Below are positions 6,498 to 13,339 of a stretch of 32,000 nucleotides of DNA, piece by piece (within the stretch, counting starts at the first letter, position 1; each line of letters starts with the position of its first letter). Made by a program: the position numbers and the translations under genes. Location: the NCBI RefSeq assembly GCF_000009705.1, contig NC_003276.1, positions 30,001 through 62,000 of the forward strand. The letters are read 5' to 3'. The notes beneath the pieces are model-generated. The model was not told where the DNA came from. It ran no database searches and saw only the letters and a list, made by a program, of their open reading frames with translations. This stretch comes from Nostoc sp. PCC 7120 = FACHB-418. GTDB lineage: Bacteria > Cyanobacteriota > Cyanobacteriia > Cyanobacteriales > Nostocaceae.

Positions 6498-7559
6498 ATG
6501 GTACAAGCGATCGCTAACGAAACATTTCTAGCAGATGCAGTAGTTGAGCATTACAACTTTTCTAAGCTAAATAAAACTCGGATTCGGTTCAAAATTCAAC
6601 TCAAGAAAACCACTAAAAGCAATGCGCCGAAGTGGACTGATGTTTTGCAAGCGGATAACGAAGAAGAATCAGATTTACTCAAAGTTAAATCCTCGGAAGT
6701 TGGGTTGAAGGGCATCAAAGTCTTCAAAGCACTGGACGAAGCAGCAAGTCAATTGCGCTCTGAGATTGCATCGATTCAAGAGTGGATGAGTAACGACAAC
6801 GGGGATTGGATTTGTCCGATAGACCTCGCGCCCCTGGTGTGGAGTCAGTTGCTCAACATTAGAGATGTAGTTGCTCCTGATTTACGTGCTGGTTTAAAAA
6901 ATGAGTATGAAAAAGGTTTAGCTGATTACGTTGAGCGAATTGACAAATTCATCTCGTTAAATGTCTGGGATTTACCACCAGAAAAACGTGAGGAAGTTAA
7001 AGCGAACTTGCTCAAAGCTTTCCCATTACTGTCAGATTTGGAAGAATATCTGCAAGTAGTTATCGGTCGTCCGGTAATTATCCCGGCACTGTCTGAACAG
7101 TTGAACTCCGAGCAAGCCAAGTGCCTTCAACAGATAACCCAGTTCATTCAGCAGTACGACCAAAACCTAGAACAAAGGTTGAGGGAATCAGCGATCGCTG
7201 GAGGAGAACAACTAGCAGCCCAATTGCTAGATGAACTCGCCAACTGGGAACCAGGACGTAAGCCCGTGCTATTTAAGAAAAAGATGGATCAGCATCTTAA
7301 GCGGGTGCAGGTTTTATTGGCAAATGCCTCACCGGAGGCTGGAGCCAGTCTTGAGCAAATGATGAGTCACCTGGACTCAATCGTCAATGACCCAGGTATT
7401 ACCCAAAAGAACCTGGATTCACAAGGGCGATCTCAACTCCAGACGAAAATGGATACAATCTACTCCAAATTGTTGGACGAGCAACGCAATCTGCAACAGT
7501 TAGCAAGCAGCGATGTTGGGTTAACTCAAGCCACTGTTAAATCGTTTAAGTTCCGTTAG
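6498..7559 (+). CDS. Hypothetical protein (353 aa), possibly DUF3150-like
   Basis: Long clean ORF. Its general layout reminds me of the phage/plasmid DUF3150 family, which accompanies AAA ATPase and WGR genes in other mobile elements. This is unverified. Confidence 0.75.
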   Translation: MVQAIANETFLADAVVEHYNFSKLNKTRIRFKIQLKKTTKSNAPKWTDVLQADNEEESDLLKVKSSEVGLKGIKVFKALDEAASQLRSEIASIQEWMSNDNGDWICPIDLAPLVWSQLLNIRDVVAPDLRAGLKNEYEKGLADYVERIDKFISLNVWDLPPEKREEVKANLLKAFPLLSDLEEYLQVVIGRPVIIPALSEQLNSEQAKCLQQITQFIQQYDQNLEQRLRESAIAGGEQLAAQLLDELANWEPGRKPVLFKKKMDQHLKRVQVLLANASPEAGASLEQMMSHLDSIVNDPGITQKNLDSQGRSQLQTKMDTIYSKLLDEQRNLQQLASSDVGLTQATVKSFKFR

Positions 7560-7565
7560 AAAAAA

Positions 7566-7594
7566 GCGATGCCCTGAGAAATTCGGGGCATTGC
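7566..7594 (+). terminator. Stem-loop after the 353-aa gene
   Basis: GCgATGCCCtGAgaaaTCgGGGCATtGC is an imperfect stem with no clear T-run. Confidence 0.35.
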
Positions 7595-7621
7595 ACTAAT
7601 GCTAGTATTCCAGGTTTTATT

Positions 7622-8071
7622 ATGTCACATTTTACACAACTCAAAACTAAACTCACCAATCGTGATTGCTTAGTTCAAGCTCTAGAGGATTTGAAGCTTC
7701 AGCCCCATGTTTTTGAGCAACCGCAGCCGTTAGCTGGCTATTATATGGATTCGCAGGGGTACAGTGCAGAGATTATTATCTTCGGCAGGACAATCAAAGC
7801 CCGTGCAGACATTGGTTTTCGCTGGAATCAAAGCAGTGGTGTGTACGAGGTTATACACGATGAGTATGAAACATCTCCGCGACTTGGTGAAGATTTCTTC
7901 AGCCACAAGTTAATGCAGACTTACGGGCGGCGGATGGTTTTAGCCAAAACTGAAGAATTACGCGAAAAGTTTGGCGAATGCACGATTAGCGAAGAAACCA
8001 AAGGTCAAGTGCAAACCCTACGGTTGACTTTTGCAGGACATCAAGAAGTTAAACAATACGCCAGGAGATAA
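7622..8071 (+). CDS. DUF1257 (Ycf35-like) domain protein
   Basis: The N-terminus MSHFTQLKTKLTNRDCLVQALEDLKL matches the MSHF(T/S)xhKTxhxD...L..AL..LG opening characteristic of DUF1257, recalled from memory. Confidence 0.75.
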   Translation: MSHFTQLKTKLTNRDCLVQALEDLKLQPHVFEQPQPLAGYYMDSQGYSAEIIIFGRTIKARADIGFRWNQSSGVYEVIHDEYETSPRLGEDFFSHKLMQTYGRRMVLAKTEELREKFGECTISEETKGQVQTLRLTFAGHQEVKQYARR

Positions 8072-8074
8072 TCA

Positions 8075-8284
8075 ATGGAACGTTCTATACTGATACATTT
8101 CGATAACAAAACGGGTTCAGTGCGAGTAGAAGCTCTTGGGTTTGAGGGGTTGTCGTGTTTGGAAGCAACCCAGCCGTTTGAAGAAGCGTTAGGAGTTGTT
8201 GAGGGCGAACGAGAGTTTAAGCCCGAAGCGCAATCTCAGCAACTACGGACTAACAATAATCATCAGACTCGCTTGCGCCAGTAG
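8075..8284 (+). CDS. DUF2997 domain protein
   Basis: ILIHFDNKTGSVRVEALGFEGLSCLEATQPFEEALGVV fits the DUF2997 pattern (I.I..dG.v.iE..G..G.sC...T..lE.aLG). It starts 3 nt after the DUF1257 stop. Confidence 0.7.
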   Translation: MERSILIHFDNKTGSVRVEALGFEGLSCLEATQPFEEALGVVEGEREFKPEAQSQQLRTNNNHQTRLRQ

Positions 8285-8319
8285 TTAAGAAAAAGAGGGG
8301 TGAAAATCCCCTCAACATC

Positions 8320-8577
8320 ATGAACGAATTACCAAAAGAATACCCATTTATCCACGTTTATACACAGCAAAAAGCACATCAGCCGGTGATCATCAAAGGT
8401 AATACCGAAGGCTTATGTGTGCTTCTGAACGCCATAGTTACGGCAATTGCACACCGAGACTGTAACGGTGTAGCTGAAGTATTTGACGGCGATGCCGAAG
8501 TTTTTGAAGTGAGAGTTCAAATAGTTAAGACTCACTCTGAACTTGCACCACTACCGTATAAGGAATTACACCAATGA
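8320..8577 (+). CDS. Hypothetical protein (85 aa), translationally coupled to the AAA+ gene
   Basis: Its stop overlaps the ATPase ATG (ATGA at 8574-8577). It is preceded by the small hairpin GAGGGGtgaaaatCCCCTC. Confidence 0.55.
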   Translation: MNELPKEYPFIHVYTQQKAHQPVIIKGNTEGLCVLLNAIVTAIAHRDCNGVAEVFDGDAEVFEVRVQIVKTHSELAPLPYKELHQ

Positions 8578-10199
8578 ACCTAAATAATATATTCTCCACG
8601 CTGGATTCACAAATACCTATTGTGGCATTAGAAGTTCTCTCGCCAGAAGAAGCCACAATCATCCAGTGGTTAACAGCCAATGCACACGAGAAATTGAAAT
8701 CTGCGGTATTCTTCTGGAATCTGGGAGTATCGGGATTGGAACAGTGTGAGATTGCCTCTGATGGTGGGTTGGTATTTAAACCAGTACCAGAGTACAAAAA
8801 ACCACCCCACGCTGACCCGTTGTTGTACATTTTCGAGTACATTAACAATTTTGATGGTACAGGTGTATTTATCCTCAGTGATGTGCATCCATTTGTGGGC
8901 AAGAACTCGCCTCAACTGAGTTGGGAAATCCTCACACGGGTGAAGAACCTCTATCACCGACTCAAACCCACAGAAAAACGCATTATCTTCTTAGGTCAAA
9001 ATATCGAACTGCACGAGTCGCTAATTCGGCTGATTCCCTATGGTGAAGTGCCATTGCCAACCGTAGAACAAGTGCAAGAGCATATATATTCCTACCTCAA
9101 CTATTTGTCTGAATCTGCCATTGAACAAGACGTACTATTTCGTGTCCTGTTAAGTACTGAAGAAAGAGAAACTTTAGCACGGGCAGCTTTGGGATTAACT
9201 CTGGAGGAAATTAGTGATTTCTTGCGCTTGACTGTCAAAGAGCGTTTGAGTAGCAATGGTATTACTATTGATGCTACTGTTACGCCGATGGTAGTTGAGT
9301 ATAAAACTCGGCTACTCTCTCAAATGGGTATTGAGCTAGGTAAACCTGCACTCTACTCGTTCGGCGGACTTGATTTATTGCGTGAGTGGTTGAATCGGCG
9401 GCGCAAACTGTTCACGCAAGAAGCCAGAAACCTGCAACTGCCACAACCTAAAGGCATACTGCTGGCTGGCCCACCCGGAACGGGAAAAAGTCATTGTGCA
9501 AAGAATATTGCCAATATCCTCAATTTACCACTACTCAAGCTTGATATTGCTTCGATGCTTGGCTCTTTGGTAGGGGAGTCTGAGGGCAATGTCCGCCGCG
9601 CACTCAAGACAGCCGAAGCGATCGCACCCTGCGTTTTGTGGTTAGACGAGTTGGAAAAAGCCTTATCCGGGCAGGGTGATACAAGCGGTGTTTCCCAAAG
9701 AATACTCGGTACTGTCCTCACTTTCATGAGCGAATGTACTTCGGGGGTGTTTGTTGTCGCAACTTGCAATGACGTGACTGCACTCCCAACGGAACTCAAA
9801 CGCAAGGGTCGTTTCGATGAAACCTTCTTTGTAGATTTACCCTCAGAACCAGAGAGAGCGCAAATCCTCAAGATTCACCTGGAGCGATTCGGCATCAATG
9901 TAGAGTCAGAATACCTGGAAGCGATCGCCGCCAACACCTCTAAATTCTCTGGGGCGGAATTAGAAACTCTAGCATCTGAAGCCGCACTACTGGCATTCGA
10001 GCAAGAGCGACCCCAACAGGTGACTTTAGGAGACTTGGAAGAATGCCGTAAAACCATTACCCCACTTGCTGTCCAAGATGCGGCGGCGGTTGAGCGTATG
10101 AGGGAGTGGGCGAAAACTGCAAGGGCGGCATCAACGGCGATTGCGGATACAAAACCCACTCAGTCGATTAAAACTGCGCGGTATCGCAACATGAATTAA
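8574..10199 (+). CDS. AAA+ ATPase, Ycf46-like (N-terminal domain plus one classical AAA module)
   Basis: Walker A is GILLAGPPGTGKSHCAK and Walker B is VLWLDELEKAL. Sensor and arginine-finger region: ATCNDVTALPTELKRKGRFDETFFVDLP. The N-terminus (IPIVALEVLSPEEATIIQWL) resembles cyanobacterial/plastid Ycf46. Confidence 0.9.
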   Translation: MNLNNIFSTLDSQIPIVALEVLSPEEATIIQWLTANAHEKLKSAVFFWNLGVSGLEQCEIASDGGLVFKPVPEYKKPPHADPLLYIFEYINNFDGTGVFILSDVHPFVGKNSPQLSWEILTRVKNLYHRLKPTEKRIIFLGQNIELHESLIRLIPYGEVPLPTVEQVQEHIYSYLNYLSESAIEQDVLFRVLLSTEERETLARAALGLTLEEISDFLRLTVKERLSSNGITIDATVTPMVVEYKTRLLSQMGIELGKPALYSFGGLDLLREWLNRRRKLFTQEARNLQLPQPKGILLAGPPGTGKSHCAKNIANILNLPLLKLDIASMLGSLVGESEGNVRRALKTAEAIAPCVLWLDELEKALSGQGDTSGVSQRILGTVLTFMSECTSGVFVVATCNDVTALPTELKRKGRFDETFFVDLPSEPERAQILKIHLERFGINVESEYLEAIAANTSKFSGAELETLASEAALLAFEQERPQQVTLGDLEECRKTITPLAVQDAAAVERMREWAKTARAASTAIADTKPTQSIKTARYRNMN

Positions 10200-10203
10200 T
10201 AAC

Positions 10204-10242
10204 GAGAGCAATTGCTATTTTTAATAAGATAGCAATCGCTCT
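10204..10242 (+). terminator. Long stem-loop after the AAA+ gene
   Basis: GAGAGCAATTGCTAT (10204-10218) pairs with ATAGCAATCGCTCT (10229-10242). Confidence 0.45.
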
Positions 10243-10321
10243 GATTGCAAAATTCTGAACATCGCCTATAACTTAGAAGCAATTATTTCTTGTTTCAATA
10301 CAAAAATTCAGGAATAGGAAG

Positions 10322-10564
10322 ATGCCCCAAATGCCTGAATTTACCAAAGTGAACTCTCTTGAAACACCAACTGCTGTTTATTCAGTGGGGAAAATTATCA
10401 AGTTCTGGGATATAGGCGAACGAGCTTGGCTCAAAGGTAAGATTACGGCGATAACTCAGTGTGAAGGGTATTTTGTGAGCGCCACAGTTTCACACCAGAG
10501 CTTCAAAAAGAAGCGAGAAATCCAGATAAATCGGGAAGATTGGCTAGATACGAAAACTGAGTAA
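10322..10564 (+). CDS. Hypothetical protein (80 aa)
   Basis: ORF with an AGGAA-type RBS. VGKIIKFWDIGERAWLKGKITAI hints at a small beta-barrel (Tudor/SH3-like) fold. Speculative. Confidence 0.5.
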   Translation: MPQMPEFTKVNSLETPTAVYSVGKIIKFWDIGERAWLKGKITAITQCEGYFVSATVSHQSFKKKREIQINREDWLDTKTE

Positions 10565-10602
10565 TTTATCAATTGCTTCTGCTGTATTTAGGAAAAGTAA
10601 TT

Positions 10603-10625
10603 GCTACGCAAAAGCAAAAGTGATG
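10603..10625 (+). repeat. Intergenic leader motif, copy 4 (short form)
   Basis: taattGCTACGCaaAAGCaaaAGTGATG. The GCTACGC core lies 40 nt upstream of the GTG at 10643. Confidence 0.8.
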
Positions 10626-10642
10626 ATTAGAGGATTAATCTT

Positions 10643-11188
10643 GTGGAAATATATTTAGTTTTTGTTGATGCTGCCAGTAACAGCAATAAGTTTTGGACAG
10701 CTAAAGTTGAACAAAATCAGCTAACTGTCCAATGGGATCGAGTGGGGTACAAAGCCCAAACGAAAGTTCATCAATTCACAAGTCAAGCGCAAGCTGCAAA
10801 TAAATATAATAATCTAGTTTTTGAAAAGAAGGCTAAAGGCTACCAAGAGAGTCAGCCCCAGATAGAATCATGTGGTGTTGTGGATATAAGGAGAGCAATG
10901 CAACTATTAAATGGTTTACGCTCTTACGTAACTAATAGAAATTTCAATGCTGATTACATTAACCTATTGAATCAATATTTAAAAATCATTCCTACACCTT
11001 TAGGAATGCAGCTAGAGCCTTATAGGATTTTCACAAGTGTTGCAGATGTAGACCATCAACGCGAACTGCTCAGTTCTCTAATTCCTGCAACTCCTGTAGC
11101 TGTAACTCAGGCTAAACAAATGCCAGAATCACAAGAGAAGATTGTTAGCCTCAGAGGTATTCACAAAAATCTTTGGCGGCATTTCTAG
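10643..11188 (+). CDS. WGR-domain protein with a PARP-helical-domain-like C-terminal half and no ADP-ribosyltransferase domain
   Basis: SNKFWTAKVEQNQLTVQWDRVGYKAQTKVHQFTSQAQAANKYNNLVFEKKAKGY matches WGR (sNKFY...WGRiG...f.s..eA...f..l...K..KGY), with WDRVG in place of WGRIG. The C-terminus LLNQYLKIIPTPLGMQLEPYRIFTSVADVDHQRELLSSL aligns by eye with human PARP1 [37 protein letters not shown], recalled from memory. GTG start with an AGAGGA RBS. Confidence 0.75.
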   Translation: MEIYLVFVDAASNSNKFWTAKVEQNQLTVQWDRVGYKAQTKVHQFTSQAQAANKYNNLVFEKKAKGYQESQPQIESCGVVDIRRAMQLLNGLRSYVTNRNFNADYINLLNQYLKIIPTPLGMQLEPYRIFTSVADVDHQRELLSSLIPATPVAVTQAKQMPESQEKIVSLRGIHKNLWRHF

Positions 11189-11202
11189 AGGCTACTATTA
11201 AA

Positions 11203-11236
11203 CCCAAAGTGATACTAAATCAGTAACCACTTTGGG
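11203..11236 (+). terminator. Stem-loop after the WGR gene
   Basis: CCCAAAGTG (11203-11211) pairs with CACTTTGGG (11228-11236), a perfect 9-bp stem. An AT-rich 240-bp spacer follows. Confidence 0.5.
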
Positions 11237-11457
11237 CAATCGATTCAACTACAAAATCATTGTGGCACAAATATCATCTTGTTGTGTGCATGACTTCTAA
11301 ATATTAACTAAATATTCACAAACATAAAAGTTGGTAATGGTTTCATTTTAGTTGCTAAAGAGTTATTTTTAAATTATGACAAAGCTTAATCAAGCAAGTA
11401 TTATAATAGTTGATATAAACTTTCTATAAATGACGTTATAGCCACAAATAATAAACA

Positions 11458-11486
11458 GCTACGCTAAAGAAAAACGATAATGAATG
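11458..11486 (+). repeat. Intergenic leader motif, copy 5 (long form, most diverged)
   Basis: aaacaGCTACGCtaAAGAaaaacgatAATGAATGG. The GCTACGC core lies 41 nt upstream of the second in-frame ATG (11499). Confidence 0.65.
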
Positions 11487-12389
11487 GGAGAAAAGCTCAT
11501 GGTAAATGAAGTGAAGTTAGGATTAGGTAATCCACCACATCCTATTTACTTGTATGTCAAAAATGAAGAAATGGGCGGTGAACAGTATGTCTGGTATAAA
11601 TACATTATTAATAGTAAAGAAAAAATCCCTGTCCACCAGAGAGCTTTGACTGGATATATTTGTGAACTCAGGCTCAGAGAGAAAGACTATAAAGGTCAAG
11701 ACAACCTTAAGCTAGATATTGTGATTTCGGCAGACGAACTTTATGTAATTAGAAGCGGCATCAATACCAATTTTGCCAAATCATTTTTACTCGCTGCATC
11801 CGTAGTAGAAGATTTTTCAAAACCTTTAACAATTGTGGTTAATCCTGGTAATGAAACTGTTGTCTTTTGCAGCCTTTATGATGCTCAGTCTAAGACTAAG
11901 ATTCGTAGAGATTGGGATGCTAAGGCTGATTTTGCCGGCATAATTCAAGATATACAATCAAGGTTGTCTTTTGCTATCAAATATGAAATTGATGATGAGG
12001 ATATTTTCGGCTTAGAACAACTAAGTACAGTCAAACTGCACTCAAATTCTGTCCCAAAATCAAAAGCCATTGCTCCGCCAGTACATCCACAAGATACACG
12101 AGTTAGACAAATCCGCACACTGTTGGACTATCCTGTTGACTTGATTAAAGAGTGGCTCCAGTTTCAGGATGCGAAAGCGCCAAGTCAGCTTCCACAAGCA
12201 TCTATTGACGAACTGGTAAAAACCATGTGTTTGGCTTGGGCGGCTCCTAAAGCTGACCCTTACCGTGCTGAAACTACTTATCAGCAGCAGGTATTGGAGG
12301 CGATCGCCAATGGCACTGATGAAGTTACTGCTATCAGGGAATGGATGAACTATGTTGTAGGGCAAAGGGCGGCTGTGGCTGCACGGTAA
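11484..12389 (+). CDS. Hypothetical protein (301 aa; the alternative start at 11499 has the better RBS, GGGAGA)
   Basis: Long clean ORF followed by a strong terminator. No motif I can name. Confidence 0.75.
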   Translation: MGEKLMVNEVKLGLGNPPHPIYLYVKNEEMGGEQYVWYKYIINSKEKIPVHQRALTGYICELRLREKDYKGQDNLKLDIVISADELYVIRSGINTNFAKSFLLAASVVEDFSKPLTIVVNPGNETVVFCSLYDAQSKTKIRRDWDAKADFAGIIQDIQSRLSFAIKYEIDDEDIFGLEQLSTVKLHSNSVPKSKAIAPPVHPQDTRVRQIRTLLDYPVDLIKEWLQFQDAKAPSQLPQASIDELVKTMCLAWAAPKADPYRAETTYQQQVLEAIANGTDEVTAIREWMNYVVGQRAAVAAR

Positions 12390-12403
12390 GAATTTGCATT
12401 GTT

Positions 12404-12432
12404 AAAGACAATCTTCTAGGTTGTCTTTTTTT
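12404..12432 (+). terminator. Rho-independent terminator
   Basis: AAAGACAA (12404-12411) pairs with TTGTCTTT (12421-12428), with a T-run to 12432. Confidence 0.7.
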
Positions 12433-12455
12433 CTTAAACATCAAAAGGAATTGTT

Positions 12456-12611
12456 ATGGCAAAGAAAAAATGGTCTGTAAAGCGCATCACCGTAAATTTG
12501 GCTTCAACTGAAGTAGAGACATTGGAAGATTATTGCACTGCCACTGGTAGACCGGCGGCAGATGTAATTCGTGAGTTGATTAGAAAACTAAAAATAGAAG
12601 CAATAGCCTGA
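12456..12611 (+). CDS. Ribbon-helix-helix (CopG/Arc/MetJ-like) small DNA-binding protein (51 aa)
   Basis: Below the ORF-track size cutoff. My translation is MAKKKWSVKRITVNLASTEVETLEDYCTATGRPAADVIRELIRKLKIEAIA*. The layout is a beta strand (KRITVNL) followed by two helices. AAAGGAA RBS. Confidence 0.6.
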   Translation: MAKKKWSVKRITVNLASTEVETLEDYCTATGRPAADVIRELIRKLKIEAIA

Positions 12612-12620
12612 AATTATACC

Positions 12621-12671
12621 AATTTGCAATTCGCTTCGGGGCTAAACGCCTCGCTACCGCAATTCGCAATT
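12621..12671. repeat. GCAATTCGC direct repeats flanking a 24-bp G/C-rich insert (small dispersed-repeat-like)
   Basis: GCAATTCGC occurs at 12626-12634 and 12659-12667. The repeat is the reverse complement of the GCGAATT heptamer array at 24364-24386. Confidence 0.6.
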
Positions 12672-12804
12672 AAAAAACTTAGATACAGCAAGGTTTTCAG
12701 GATTTACATTTGTATCAGATTTTTCGTTAAATGGTATTAGGCAGTGGGCTGTCAAGCCTCACTTAATTGGATAACAGATAGTTGAGGATGTCTAAAGTAA
12801 TTGC

Positions 12805-12837
12805 ACTCCCGCCACATTGAATTTCATTAGCGGGAGT
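12805..12837. terminator. Stem-loop downstream of the minus-strand 72-aa ORF (could act in both directions)
   Basis: ACTCCCGC (12805-12812) pairs with GCGGGAGT (12830-12837). Confidence 0.4.
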
Positions 12838-12847
12838 TATTCATCCT

Positions 12848-13066
12848 CTACACTGCTTTTTTAAGCTTTCTCAATTCAAGTTGTTGCACTGCAAAATATT
12901 CCCGAATTTCAGATGCCGTCAGCCGCTTAACTGGTGTATATGCTCTAATTGGCTGTAACGTACCATTGAGACTGCAATGTGAATCACTCGATTTTCTGTA
13001 AACGTAACCAGAGCTTATACCTGGAATACGGAAGTAATCGCCTGTACTCAGTTGCTGAAAAGTCAT
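12848..13066 (-). CDS. Hypothetical protein (72 aa)
   Basis: ORF only. The overlapping 60-aa plus-strand ORF looks less protein-like. Confidence 0.4.
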   Translation of the reverse strand: MTFQQLSTGDYFRIPGISSGYVYRKSSDSHCSLNGTLQPIRAYTPVKRLTASEIREYFAVQQLELRKLKKAV

Positions 13067-13339
13067 TCGTTTGGCTTCTCCAATTACTCTCGTTAATTCA
13101 TAGGAATCAGAGTTTGGGAGTCAACATCATCTATTTTTGGCTTTATCTAAGCCGCTATTGATTTACTGACTTCTAACTTTGGGTTCCTCTTTGTAATACA
13201 TTAGCCTACAAGCTCAGTTTCATCAATCCGCACACAATAATTAAAGAGCGATCGCCATAACTTAAGCAATAATAGTTGCTCATTAATAATAGTTATGCAC
13301 TAGTGTAGTTGAAATTGAGTAATCACAAATATTTTTAGT

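Noticed and set aside
8525-10159. Minus-strand ORFs antisense to the AAA+ ATPase gene (8525-8902, 8670-8957, 9491-9871, 9875-10159).
   Set aside because: The plus-strand frame carries unmistakable Walker A/B and sensor motifs. The antisense ORFs are Ser/Arg-rich artefacts.
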